Positions 40,935 to 50,698 of a stretch of 64,000 nt of DNA are shown piece by piece. Made by a program: the position numbers and the translations under genes. Source of the stretch: Candidatus Latescibacterota bacterium (GTDB taxonomy: Bacteria; Latescibacterota; UBA2968; GCA-2709665); assembly GCA_965116875.1 (NCBI GenBank), contig OZ220733.1:2400001-2464000 (forward strand), given 5' to 3'. The notes below the pieces were generated by a model. It saw nothing but the letters and a program-made list of their open reading frames with translations. It had not been told where the DNA came from and searched no databases. Each line of letters opens with the position of its first letter. The first letter of the stretch is position 1.

Positions 40935-41116
40935 TACGCGGCCTGGTATATGCAACTGTCAAGTTTGGCGTTATTCGCCAGACGGTATTTTTCGACATAG
41001 TACGGAGGATCGAATTCCCAGGTATCATTGTCACCGACTGTTGTGTTGCCTGCGTAACAACGCACATGGGTGAGAGCAACCAGGAGTATGGTAACCGCTT
41101 TTCGGACAATAGGCAC
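40934..41116 (-). pseudogene. N-terminal fragment of a secreted protein truncated by IS256
   Basis: Signal-peptide-like MPIVRKAVTILLVALTHVRCYAG; the stop TAG is completed by the terminal base of the IS. Confidence 0.5.
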
Positions 41117-41447
41117 AAATGGATCCTTAAGCGGCCCTTGATGTTCCTATTCACAGGACCATCACTGGCTTGTACCTGCTTTCCATTATCCCAATCACGG
41201 TAATCAAACCTGACGATACCGCTAATTGTAAATACCTTCAGCACTGGGATTCAATCCGACAGAATAAGCAGGTTACCATTCTGTCAATCCGAGAGAAAGG
41301 TGGCATTACGGTCGTTCGAATGCGTCTCTTATCCGTTTATAACCTGTGACTTCAACAATCTTCGAAGTGGGAGATCAATTCGCCATTGTTCTTACGGTCA
41401 AATCCGAGCGAACGTCGGCGAAATATGTGCAATTATGGTTATCAGAA

Positions 41448-42251
41448 TCAAAACGTAACTTTCAGATCTGCCAGGAGGCTCGCCTCGACCTCCGCGAGCG
41501 ATAGAGTCTCTCCCTTCCATTCCAGCTTGCCGTCGACAATGGTCTGCTTGGCATCCTTGACACCTGCGATCTCGTAGTACTCGCCTCCGGTGTTCTTCAC
41601 GTAAAAGAAGCCGACGCAGTCCGGGGTTGCGTTTATCGCTACTTGGTCGTGCCCACTGGTGGGAGTGGCGGAAAGGAGCAGAAGGACCTCTTCGCCAACC
41701 TCAAATTGCGGTTCACCCGAAGAAAGAATAAAGGATCTTTCTCTAATCTTCCTTCCTCTAATTAGCTTTACCTGGATCGTGACGGGCCCGGCACCTTTGA
41801 TGTATTTCACAACCTTGATGTCGACCCGGGTTCCATACGCGCATAGCTCTTCTTCCTTCGAAACCGCCAACACCCTTCCTGTCACAATGAGATCGGTCAT
41901 CATCAGGTTCCACTGAAAATTCCTCAGAGGATCCCGCCAAAACCTGTTCCTCATAGCCTGGACTGTCCAGAAGAACCGCTCCACGGCGATCTCTTGTTTG
42001 CCGATCTGATTAACTTTCGTGCCGATTGGGCTGCGTCCCCTTAATAGCAGACTCTTGCGAAGATAGTCATCCTCCAGAAAGGAGTCTTTACCCTCGGCGA
42101 CCGCCTTGGAAACCATCCCAGTCAGCCACGACATCGCTGCTGAATCGTCCAGAGCCTTTTGTGCCTGGCATCGCACATCCGTCGGTACACCAGAGAACCA
42201 CACAACGAAACCGATAAATACAAGGCACCCTTTCGTCTGGTTCAACCACAT
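41448..42251 (-). CDS. Exported hypothetical protein with TIMP-like/OB-fold C-terminal region
   Basis: N-terminal hydrophobic segment; DLIVTGRV, KVVKYIKG, PQFEVGEEVLLLL pattern. Confidence 0.65.
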   Translation of the reverse strand: MWLNQTKGCLVFIGFVVWFSGVPTDVRCQAQKALDDSAAMSWLTGMVSKAVAEGKDSFLEDDYLRKSLLLRGRSPIGTKVNQIGKQEIAVERFFWTVQAMRNRFWRDPLRNFQWNLMMTDLIVTGRVLAVSKEEELCAYGTRVDIKVVKYIKGAGPVTIQVKLIRGRKIRERSFILSSGEPQFEVGEEVLLLLSATPTSGHDQVAINATPDCVGFFYVKNTGGEYYEIAGVKDAKQTIVDGKLEWKGETLSLAEVEASLLADLKVTF

Positions 42252-42514
42252 ATTGAGAAGCCTGTAAATTGCGGTGTCAGAACTTAAAGACTCATGCAAA
42301 TAATGACTCGATCCGAATCCCTGGCTCATGCTGAGGTGCTGCCGTGGCGCCTCGATTTCTTCGCTTTAATCCTGCTTTTTTCGCACGTGCGGCACAGGAT
42401 AAACACGCGGCCCCGGAAACCCAGGACGACGCCGAGTTTCCTTTTGCAGAAACGGCAGTGTCTTGGAGCACACGGGGCCGTGACGGACACCTGTTCCATT
42501 TCTATCAGAAACCA

Positions 42515-43441
42515 TCATGCGGCCAGAACCATCTTCAGCAGCGCCATCCGAATGTAGAGTCCGTTGTGCGCCTGCCGGAAATACGCCGCGCGGGGGTCGG
42601 TGTCGACAACGGGGTCGATTTCGTCCACGCGAGGCAGGGGGTGCATCACGCGGCCGTTGTCGGACAGCGCCTCCATCACTTTCGTATCGATGATGTATCG
42701 TCCACGGGCCGCTTCGTAGTCCTTCGTGCGGTCACCGAACCGTTCCCGCTGGATTCGAGTCTGGTAGACCACGTCGACCTTCTGCACGACCTCGATCAGA
42801 TCTTCCCGTTCCTCGAAATACACCCCGTTCCGGACCAGGTATTCCTTGATATCGGCCTTCATGCGCACCATTTCCGGCGCCACGAAATACAGCTTGACGT
42901 CGTTGTACCTGGTGAGCAGATAGGCCAGCGAACGCACCGTCCGGCCGTTGGCGAGGTCGCCCACCATCGCCACCGAAATCCCGTCCAGCCGGCCGATTTC
43001 CTTCCGGATGGTATAGACGTCGAGCAAGGCCTGCGTGGGATGCTGGCCGGGACCGTCGCCGGCGTTCAATACCGGCACCGACGCGACCTCGGCCGCGCGC
43101 TTTGCGGATCCTCCTTCGTAGTGCCGAAGGACGATCACGTCCGCGTATCCTTCCACAATGCGGATGGTATCCTCGAGGGTCTCGCCCTTCGCCGCGGAGG
43201 AAAACTCCCTGGCCGACTCCGTCGTGACCACGTTCCCTCCCAGACGGATCATGGCCGACTCGAAAGACAACCGCGTGCGGGTACTCGGTTCGTAGAACAA
43301 CGTGGCCATGATCCGGCGGTTGAGTATACTGGACCCGTAGACGCTCACCACCTCCTCCATCTCCCTGGTCACCGCAAAAATCTCGGTCAGCAATTCCCGG
43401 TTGAACTGCTGCGCCTCGACCACGTGGAACAGGCTGTCCAT
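42515..43441 (-). CDS. pyrB: Aspartate carbamoyltransferase catalytic subunit
   Basis: FYEPSTRTRLSF, NAGDG..HPTQALLD, YQTRIQRER, HPLPR, YFRQA. Confidence 0.97.
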   Translation of the reverse strand: MDSLFHVVEAQQFNRELLTEIFAVTREMEEVVSVYGSSILNRRIMATLFYEPSTRTRLSFESAMIRLGGNVVTTESAREFSSAAKGETLEDTIRIVEGYADVIVLRHYEGGSAKRAAEVASVPVLNAGDGPGQHPTQALLDVYTIRKEIGRLDGISVAMVGDLANGRTVRSLAYLLTRYNDVKLYFVAPEMVRMKADIKEYLVRNGVYFEEREDLIEVVQKVDVVYQTRIQRERFGDRTKDYEAARGRYIIDTKVMEALSDNGRVMHPLPRVDEIDPVVDTDPRAAYFRQAHNGLYIRMALLKMVLAA

Positions 43442-43458
43442 CGAAAACCCTTTCTCAC

Positions 43459-43482
43459 AAAAAAAACTCCCCGTCAGGGGAG
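43459..43482 (-). terminator. Attenuator terminator upstream of pyrB
   Basis: Minus strand ctcccc-tgac-ggggag-tttttttt, 17 nt before the pyrB ATG. Confidence 0.8.
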
Positions 43483-43548
43483 CTGAATAACGGCAGCCGG
43501 GGAGCCGGTAATCCGGTAAATTCGATTTCGTATAGAATAGATTCCCAT
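43474..43548 (-). CDS. Putative 24-aa leader peptide (MGIYSIRNRIYRITGSPAAVIQLP)
   Basis: Starts just after the promoter; its TGA is in the loop of the attenuator hairpin. Confidence 0.45.
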   Translation of the reverse strand: MGIYSIRNRIYRITGSPAAVIQLP

Positions 43549-43558
43549 CTAAAGGGCA

Positions 43559-43587
43559 AATATAGTCCGGCCGCACAACGGTTGCAA
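43559..43587 (-). promoter_or_regulatory. Sigma-70-type promoter of pyrB
   Basis: ttgcaa-17 bp-tatatt on the minus strand. Confidence 0.7.
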
Positions 43588-43717
43588 GTGGAAATTTGCG
43601 GATCGGATTCGACGGTCGACCCATGCGATTTCGCAAATGCCTCCGGCCCCGGGGAGTCGTTGCGGCACGACGACCTGCAGGGCTCGCGCACATCCTTGAA
43701 ATTCTGCCAGAAATGGG

Positions 43718-43746
43718 TTGACCGGACCGCGGAAGTCCGATATATT
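43718..43746 (+). promoter_or_regulatory. Sigma-70-type promoter of glyA
   Basis: ttgacc-17 bp-tatatt. Confidence 0.7.
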
Positions 43747-43749
43747 GAT

Positions 43750-43875
43750 GTTGGCGCGACATCATGCGCCAGTGGGTGAACCCACGCCCCGAGCCACCGT
43801 CAACCGGAAAGCGCTGAGTCCGAAAACGAGTCAACTCCCGGGCTTGCAGTACCATTATCCCGCCCGGGTTTTTTG
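43750..43875 (+). promoter_or_regulatory. Structured 5' leader with terminator upstream of glyA (candidate riboswitch/attenuator)
   Basis: Hairpins tggcgc/gcgcca and gtggg/cccac, then cccgggc...gcccggg-tttttt. Confidence 0.5.
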
Positions 43876-43920
43876 TGCCCGGACGTCGACCGTCCATCTA
43901 TTGCGTGTGGGAGAAAGAGA

Positions 43921-45474
43921 ATGGCACAGGCAACACCACCTGCCGAAGTGATGCGCTCGACGTCGCCGCTTGCCAGGTATCTCGCCGAATCCGCCGCCAA
44001 CGGCAATCCAGCGGATCCCGGGTTCGTGGCCTGCCTCGCGTCGCTCCAACAGATCAACGCGGTCTCGCCCCGGGTGGCCGCATCCATCGTTTCCGAGCTC
44101 GAGGACCAGCGGGCCAACCTGAAGATGATCGCCAGCGAGAATTATTGCTCGCTGGCCGTTCAGCTCGCACAGGGCAATCTCTTCACAGACAAGTATGCCG
44201 AAGGCGTACCCGAACGCCGCTTTTATGCCGGCTGCGACAACGTGGACACCGTGGAAAAACATGCCGCTTCCCTCGCCTGCGACCTCTTCGGGGCGGACCA
44301 TGCGTACGTTCAGCCGCACTCCGGGGCCGATGCAAACCTCGTGGCGTTCTGGGCGATTCTTTCCGCCCGCATTCAGGCGCCGTTCATGGATCGAACGGGG
44401 CACACCGATCCCTCGGCCCTGTCCGACGACGACTGGCGGGAGCTCAGAACCTCGCTTGGCAACCAGAAATTGCTTGGACTGGATTACTACTCAGGCGGCC
44501 ACCTCACCCACGGATACCGCCAGAACGTCTCCGCACGGATGTTCCATGTAGAAACCTACGGTGTGGACCCGGAAACAAAGCTCATCGATTACGACCGGGT
44601 CCGCAGCCAGGCGAAGGCGTTCAGACCCCTGATTCTGCTGGCCGGGTACAGCGCGTACACCCGCAAGATCAACTTTCGCATCTTCAGGGAAATCGCGGAT
44701 GAGGCCGGTGCGGTCTTCATGGTGGACATGGCGCACTTTGCGGGCCTCGTTGCGGGCAAGGTCTTCACCGGCGACTACGATCCCGTCGCCCACGCCGACG
44801 TTGTGACCACCACAACCCATAAGACCCTCAGGGGCCCGCGGGGCGGCATGGTCCTCTGTAAAGATGAATATGCCGAACACGTGGACCGGGGGTGCCCGAT
44901 GGTGCTGGGGGGTCCGCTACCCCACGCGATCGCCGCCAAGGCCGTCGCTTTTCAGGAGGCACGCGCCGACGCATTCAGAAACTACGCGCGCCGCATTGTG
45001 GAGAACGCGGCGAATCTGGCGGAAGCCTGCGTTGCAGAGGGACTCGCATTGCTGACGGGCGGAACGGACAACCACATGGCGCTCATCGACGTGACGCCAC
45101 TCGGTCTCACCGGCAGACAGGCGGAAGCCGCCCTTCGAAACGCACGGATCACCCTCAACCGCAATGCCCTGCCCTTCGACACGAACGGCGCCTGGTACAC
45201 GAGCGGCCTCCGCATCGGCACGCCGGCGCTAACGACGCTGGGCATGGGAGCCGACGAAATGGGGAGAATCGCCGCCGTATTGCGCCACGTGCTCTCCAAT
45301 ACCCGGCCACTCCGGATCAAGAAAGGGCGGCAGGCCGGAAAACCGAGCAAGGCGCGCTGCAGGACCCGGCCGGAAGCGCTCGAGGAAGCCCGCGCGGTGG
45401 TGGCGGACGTGCTCCAACATTTTCCCGCGTACCCCGAACTGGACCTCGAAACCCTCAAACAGGCTCTGAGATAA
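43921..45474 (+). CDS. glyA: Serine hydroxymethyltransferase
   Basis: [54 protein letters not shown]. Confidence 0.97.
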   Translation: MAQATPPAEVMRSTSPLARYLAESAANGNPADPGFVACLASLQQINAVSPRVAASIVSELEDQRANLKMIASENYCSLAVQLAQGNLFTDKYAEGVPERRFYAGCDNVDTVEKHAASLACDLFGADHAYVQPHSGADANLVAFWAILSARIQAPFMDRTGHTDPSALSDDDWRELRTSLGNQKLLGLDYYSGGHLTHGYRQNVSARMFHVETYGVDPETKLIDYDRVRSQAKAFRPLILLAGYSAYTRKINFRIFREIADEAGAVFMVDMAHFAGLVAGKVFTGDYDPVAHADVVTTTTHKTLRGPRGGMVLCKDEYAEHVDRGCPMVLGGPLPHAIAAKAVAFQEARADAFRNYARRIVENAANLAEACVAEGLALLTGGTDNHMALIDVTPLGLTGRQAEAALRNARITLNRNALPFDTNGAWYTSGLRIGTPALTTLGMGADEMGRIAAVLRHVLSNTRPLRIKKGRQAGKPSKARCRTRPEALEEARAVVADVLQHFPAYPELDLETLKQALR

Positions 45475-45537
45475 TGTCCCCTTCGCGGGCTTTGTGACCG
45501 ATCTTCCGCCGGCCGATCCCGGCCCGGTCTCCCACGC

Positions 45538-46638
45538 TCAGAATCTTACCGCGTTCATCACCGCATCGTGAAATTCGGGGCGCAACTTCCGGATCCCCTC
45601 ATTCTCGCGGGTGGGATGCACCCTGTTTGTCAGAAGTACCACGCCGACGTCCCGTTCGGGGTCCACCCAGACGGAAGTCCCCGTGAATCCGGTATGCCCG
45701 AAAGATCGGGCCGAAAAGTGCCGGCCCGCTGAACTCCCCGCCGCCGATACCGTATCCCACCCGAGCGCGCGGGTACTGCCGGGCGCCAATCCCGCCCGCG
45801 ACGTGAATCTGCGGATGGCAGCTTCGGAAAACACGCGCGTTCCCTCACGTTTCCCCCCGTTCAGTATCACCCGTAGAAATCGACCCAGGTCCGCCGCGGT
45901 CCCGAAGAGTCCCGCGTGCGGCGCAACGCCGCCCATCGCCCAGGCGTTTCCATCGTGCACCTGACCGTGAATCAGCCCTCTGCGTTGCTCGGCCTGAAAT
46001 TCGGTTGGCGGAATTCTGCCCAATTGCTCGCGGCGCGGCAGATACATCGTCTCTTTCATCCCCACCGGACCGAGGATGTACCGTCGAGCCAGCTCCTCGA
46101 GCGGCGCCCCGCCCACGCGCTCGACGGCCGCTCCCAGCAGCAGGAAACTGAGATCGCTATAAATCGTCCTGGTCCCCGGCGGGTACGCGAGTGCCGTCCG
46201 GCACGCGGCCGACAATACAGCCTCCCTGCCCCAGCAGGTCTCGAAAAAACGCTGGTGGGCAGGCAGTCCCGCGCAATGCGCCAGAAGGTGCCTGATCGTC
46301 ACGCCATCTTTGCCTTCCCCCTGGAACGCCGGCACGTATTTATCCACCCGTTCATCCAGGTCCAGGTGGGGTTCAAGCGCCATACAGATCGAGGTTGTCA
46401 CAACCACCTTGGTAAGAGACGCGAGGTCGTACAGGTCGTCCTGACGGACGTTCGGTGAATCCGGCTCGTACGTGTGCCGCCCCGCCGTCCAGCACGCGAT
46501 TCCGCCCGCGCCTCGCACGAGGAGACCAATCGCGCCCGGGGTACTCTTCGCCCGCACGTGACGTTTCAGGACCTCCCGGGCGCGCCTCAGCCGCCGCGGA
46601 TCCGGTCCATTCCTGCGTTCCGTTCGCTCCGGTTTCAT
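45538..46638 (-). CDS. Serine hydrolase, beta-lactamase/AmpC-like family
   Basis: DLASLTK (SxxK), YSD, HAGLFGT, GHTGFTGT, LLTNRVHP. Confidence 0.93.
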   Translation of the reverse strand: MKPERTERRNGPDPRRLRRAREVLKRHVRAKSTPGAIGLLVRGAGGIACWTAGRHTYEPDSPNVRQDDLYDLASLTKVVVTTSICMALEPHLDLDERVDKYVPAFQGEGKDGVTIRHLLAHCAGLPAHQRFFETCWGREAVLSAACRTALAYPPGTRTIYSDLSFLLLGAAVERVGGAPLEELARRYILGPVGMKETMYLPRREQLGRIPPTEFQAEQRRGLIHGQVHDGNAWAMGGVAPHAGLFGTAADLGRFLRVILNGGKREGTRVFSEAAIRRFTSRAGLAPGSTRALGWDTVSAAGSSAGRHFSARSFGHTGFTGTSVWVDPERDVGVVLLTNRVHPTRENEGIRKLRPEFHDAVMNAVRF

Positions 46639-46855
46639 TACGCCTGAGCACCTCGGATTCGGGCCGAATGTCGCCGGCGAAGCCGGTTGATCTGACGAAG
46701 ATTCAAAGCCATTCTCACCTTGACTTTCCCGTCCTTCTGCATATCTTCAGCGACGCGGGTTTCCGGGTTTTTCCCGGCGGTACGCGGCCGGCCACGGTAC
46801 AGCAGTCCGCCAGAAAACACTACCGGTATGGTTTTCCACCTTCGGAGAGCATCCC

Positions 46856-47176
46856 ATGTCTGAAGTCAGGAATTACGTCGTGTTCGTCACCGCCCCGAAC
46901 GAAGCGGATGCCGCCAGGATCGGCCGCACGCTCGTTGAAGAACGCCTGGCCGCGTGCGCCAATATCGCGGGACAGATCCGGTCCATCTACCGCTGGCAGG
47001 ACGCCATTGAAGACGAAGCCGAATGTCTGATGGTCCTCAAGACGTCACATGCCAGCCTCGATGCGCTGATCGACAGGGCGAACGAATTGCACAGCTACGA
47101 GGTGCCTGAGATCATCGCGCTTCCCATCCACCACGGGTATCCGCCCTACCTGGACTGGATCGCCGAAAACGCCTGA
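46856..47176 (+). CDS. cutA: Divalent-cation tolerance protein CutA
   Basis: LVEERLAACANI, SIYRW, HSYEVPEIIA, YLDWI. Confidence 0.95.
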   Translation: MSEVRNYVVFVTAPNEADAARIGRTLVEERLAACANIAGQIRSIYRWQDAIEDEAECLMVLKTSHASLDALIDRANELHSYEVPEIIALPIHHGYPPYLDWIAENA

Positions 47177-47286
47177 TCCGCGCTCGCTATCCTGCCCGCG
47201 CAACGACCCCCCGTGTCCGTCGTTCACAACGATCCGGACAGGACTGCTTCACAACATTTGACAGGCGCCAACGGGAAGGACCCACA

Positions 47287-48231
47287 GTGGCCGTTCATCC
47301 CCAACACGCGATCGGCATCGATCTCGGCGGGGGAAGCATCAAGGGCGCGCTTGTCGCCGCCGACGGACGCATGGCAGCCAATGCCCGCTGTCCGACCGAC
47401 GTGGATAGCGGCGAACATGGCGTGGCGGACCGGATCGCCGAACTCTGCGAGTCCCTCCGCGTCAGGGGCGGACTGGATAACGGGGATATTGCGGGTATCG
47501 GCATCGGCGTACCGGGTGTCACGACGTCGCAGGGCGACGTCATCATTGCGCCCAACCTCCACTGGCGCCATGTCCCGTTCAAGCGGATCCTCGAGGATAG
47601 GATCCGCCTGCGCGTAGAAATCGATAATGACGCCAGCGTCGCCGCCATGGGTGAAGCGCATCTGGGGGCGGGCGGCGGCTGCGAGTCCCTCTTTCTCATC
47701 ACCCTGGGGACGGGCATTGGCGGGGGACTCGTCCTGGGCGGCGACATTCACCACGGCGCCTCCTTCGCGGCGGGCGAAATTGGCCATATGTGCATGGACC
47801 CGGAGGGACCCCTTTGCGGATGCGGAAAAAAGGGATGCCTGGAAGCCTTCGCCTCAGGCCCCGCGATGGTCCGCTACGTTCGCCCGCGCCTTCCGGACGC
47901 GGTGTCCACTTCTCTCCCCGATACGGAGTCCCTCTCACCGGAAACCATCTGTCTGGCCGCGAAAAACGGCGACAGCCTCGCCCGTGAAGCCGTCGCCCGC
48001 GTTGCCCGTTATCTTGGCATCGCCCTTGCCAATATCATAAACGTCATCAGCCCCGACGTGATCGCCATCGGGGGCGGCATCTCTGCGGCCGGCCGTGTTC
48101 TGCTCGACCCCATCGCCGCCGCCGCCCGGGAGTACACCCTGGAGGGGATGTTCGATCATACCCGGATCCTGCCTGCCGAACTCGGTAACGACGCCGGCGT
48201 CCTGGGCGCCTCGCGCCTCGTCCTGAAGTAA
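47287..48231 (+). CDS. ROK family kinase (glucokinase-like)
   Basis: GIDLGG, NDA, TLGTGIGGG, GEIGH, CGCGKKGCLE. Confidence 0.93.
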   Translation: MAVHPQHAIGIDLGGGSIKGALVAADGRMAANARCPTDVDSGEHGVADRIAELCESLRVRGGLDNGDIAGIGIGVPGVTTSQGDVIIAPNLHWRHVPFKRILEDRIRLRVEIDNDASVAAMGEAHLGAGGGCESLFLITLGTGIGGGLVLGGDIHHGASFAAGEIGHMCMDPEGPLCGCGKKGCLEAFASGPAMVRYVRPRLPDAVSTSLPDTESLSPETICLAAKNGDSLAREAVARVARYLGIALANIINVISPDVIAIGGGISAAGRVLLDPIAAAAREYTLEGMFDHTRILPAELGNDAGVLGASRLVLK

Positions 48232-48448
48232 GAAGCTGTCTTAAAATTCCCAGCGGTCTTCGCGCGGCTGCAAAAGCGCCGGTCGGCGTTGGACAAATCC
48301 ACCCGTATAGACAAATATGGGCGGATTTTCCCGCCTTGACCGCCACTTTTTCGCTCGCGCTCGGGAACTCACCGGTAATTTTAAAACAACTTCCAAGCCG
48401 GGAAGTTCCAGCTCCCGTTCGGCACGAACGCTTGATCGGACAACGCCG

Positions 48449-49315
48449 TTACTCCCTCGCCAGATCTTCCAGCACGGACTTCAGATAGGCAATGTCCTGC
48501 TGTGCGAACCACTCCCTGTCCCCCTGTCTCGGGGCTTCGATGCACAAGGGACCGCTGAACCCGGACCGCTTCAGCGCCAGCAGATACTCCCGGTGGTTGA
48601 TGATCCCGTCGCCCAGACCCACGGCGTTCCGTCCGTCTCCGGCGGGCATCGAGTTTTTCAGATGCACCATGAACAGCTTCTCTCCCAGCGTGGATACGGT
48701 ATTGCCGATTGACGGACAGGACGGGAAATACACCATGTTTCCATAGTCCAGGTTCGCACCGACGAACGGGGAACCGATCATATCCAGAAGTTTCATCGTG
48801 GGCGCCGGCAGGTCGTGAACATAGCCCATGTGGATCTCGAACGCGAGTCTGAATCCAATCTCCTCGGCGACCGCGCCAAGTTCCCTGAACCCCTCGGCCG
48901 CCCAGGTGTAATGATGGTCCGTCGCGGCGCCGGACCCGTGCAGATGATGCGCCGACCCTGCATTGGGGTCCGAACTTCGCAGCGTCCCCGCCATGATATT
49001 GCAGACCGTGAGGTCCAGCCGTTCGCCCGCGAGTCGATAGAACCTGGTCGCCTCCTCAACCTGCGCCCCGCGGATGCCGGCATCTTCCTGCATCAGTTCC
49101 ACACCGGGGCCGCCGAACAGCACGTGCGTCAATCCCGATGCTTCCGCTGCCGCGGCAATCGTATCCAGGTATTGTTCCGGCGTCTCCTCTTCGCCCCTGC
49201 GATGACGGCGGAACTCGATCCCGTCATACCCCCACCCTACCGCCTTCCGGCACATCTCCGGGATCGTCTGTCCCTGTTCACAGTAGTTCACATGCATGAT
49301 GATCGGTAACGCCAT
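48449..49315 (-). CDS. Sugar phosphate isomerase/epimerase (AP endonuclease 2 TIM barrel)
   Basis: GYDGIEF, LAFEIH, NLDYGN, VHLKN, IE. Confidence 0.88.
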   Translation of the reverse strand: MALPIIMHVNYCEQGQTIPEMCRKAVGWGYDGIEFRRHRRGEEETPEQYLDTIAAAAEASGLTHVLFGGPGVELMQEDAGIRGAQVEEATRFYRLAGERLDLTVCNIMAGTLRSSDPNAGSAHHLHGSGAATDHHYTWAAEGFRELGAVAEEIGFRLAFEIHMGYVHDLPAPTMKLLDMIGSPFVGANLDYGNMVYFPSCPSIGNTVSTLGEKLFMVHLKNSMPAGDGRNAVGLGDGIINHREYLLALKRSGFSGPLCIEAPRQGDREWFAQQDIAYLKSVLEDLARE

Positions 49316-49439
49316 TCAATCACCCCTCCGTAAAAGAACTCCTCACAAATGGGTTTGCCTCACCCACGGATCGTGGCTAAAATGGCAACGAACCCCGGGA
49401 AAGTCAACCGCAACCACCAGCCATCGAGGAGATCTGTCA

Positions 49440-49766
49440 ATGGCCAGCTGGTTCTGTCTGTTCCTTGCCATCGCTTTCGAAGTCGTGGGGACAACCTGCA
49501 TGAAACTTTCAGAAGGATTCGCCCGTTTGTGGCCCTCTATCGGTGTTGCCGTCTTCTATCTGGCATCACTGGCAGGCCTGACGATGGCGCTCAAACAAAT
49601 CCCGGTCAGCATCGCATACGCCGTCTGGGCCGGCCTGGGGACGGCGATCATCAGCGTCATCGGCTTCTGGTACTTCAAGGAACCGGTCACCGCGGTCAAG
49701 CTGTTCTCCATCGCGCTGATCATCGGTGGCGTCACCGGCCTGCATCTCTCAAATTCGGCGCAATGA
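49440..49766 (+). CDS. SMR family small multidrug efflux transporter
   Basis: AIAFEVVGTTCMKLSEGF, IAYAVWAGLG, four TM segments. Confidence 0.93.
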   Translation: MASWFCLFLAIAFEVVGTTCMKLSEGFARLWPSIGVAVFYLASLAGLTMALKQIPVSIAYAVWAGLGTAIISVIGFWYFKEPVTAVKLFSIALIIGGVTGLHLSNSAQ

Positions 49767-49843
49767 TCGTCCGTCCGGGTACGCGGTTGAATCGCCGGAT
49801 TCCAGTCGAGAGTCGAAAAATTCACCGAATTTAAAAAAATGAG

Positions 49844-49872
49844 TTGACAATCGACCGGGTAGCGATTAACTT
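49844..49872 (+). promoter_or_regulatory. Sigma-70-type promoter of the cold-shock gene, followed by a long 5' UTR
   Basis: ttgaca with an upstream A-rich tract, 17 bp, taactt. Confidence 0.55.
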
Positions 49873-50017
49873 TCATGCAAGGATGTAAATAGAAGGACGT
49901 TGTTTCTGTCTCCTGTGCAGTCGAAAAAAACGATGCGGCAAGGATCAGAATTTCCGGTCCTTGCCATTTTTAATTGCCTGCACATTCAGTTCAAGGTAGA
50001 AAGGTGGTGAATTAGCA

Positions 50018-50218
50018 GTGGCTGACGGTCGAGTAAAGTGGTTCAACGACGCCAAGGGCTTTGGTTTTATCGAGCAGGACGGCGGGGAAGACGTATTCGT
50101 GCATTTTTCGGCAATCCAGGGAGAGGGTTTCAAGTCTCTGGCCGAGGGTGATGAGGTCGAATTCGATATCGTCGAGGGTCCCAAGGGGCTCCAGGCGGCA
50201 AATGTGACGAAACGATAA
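50018..50218 (+). CDS. cspA: Cold-shock protein (CspA family)
   Basis: [34 protein letters not shown]. Confidence 0.97.
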   Translation: MADGRVKWFNDAKGFGFIEQDGGEDVFVHFSAIQGEGFKSLAEGDEVEFDIVEGPKGLQAANVTKR

Positions 50219-50244
50219 GGGTAACGGAACTGTTGTACGTACAG

Positions 50245-50282
50245 ACGGACGCCGATGAGTCGGCGTCCGTTTTTCGTTTTTT
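50245..50282 (+). terminator. Rho-independent terminator
   Basis: acggacgccga-tgag-tcggcgtccgt followed by a T run. Confidence 0.88.
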
Positions 50283-50296
50283 GGATCGGGAACAGC

Positions 50297-50404
50297 ACGC
50301 GAAATGACATTTCGCGCTACCGGAAACGCGGCGACGGCCTGACCCGACAGCCGTAACGCGAACTCGTACACACACCGCCCGTAACGCGAACTGGCAGTTC
50401 GCGT
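50297..50404. repeat. Inverted REP-like doublet plus one truncated copy
   Basis: Minus strand gtagcgcgaaatgtcatttcgcgt (50297-50320); plus strand gtaacgcgaact (50353) and gtaacgcgaactggcagttcgcgt (50381-50404). Confidence 0.65.
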
Positions 50405-50698
50405 ACAAAAAAAACGCCCCATTTCTGCCGGGCGTCTCTGTCTGACTCTCGCGAACTAACCTTGATTCGTAATTTTTCGTCAACGATAATTCGAATATGT
50501 GCAAGTTAATAAAGGCGATTCAACTGCGGATTACCAGGATACATCAGGTCACTGGACGTGAACGGAAAAAATGTCCTTCCGAACGACGTTACCACCCCGT
50601 TTCGGAGGGTATTATCACGACACCCGGTTGCCATTTTTTTCGAATTGGGGCTAACGGTTCGCGTTTCGTTCGGAGGTCTCACTCTGAAACCTTATCTT

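Noticed and set aside
43460-43560. PyrR-binding RNA upstream of pyrB
   Set aside because: The AGUCCAGAGAGGCU-type consensus is absent
43750-43830. Canonical ZTP, THF, glycine or c-di-AMP riboswitch
   Set aside because: Only fragmentary resemblance; key conserved nucleotides are missing, so it is reported only as an unknown leader
49320-49440. Guanidine riboswitch upstream of the SMR transporter
   Set aside because: No tandem ACGR-loop hairpins or ykkC consensus; the protein looks Qac/EmrE-like rather than Gdx-like
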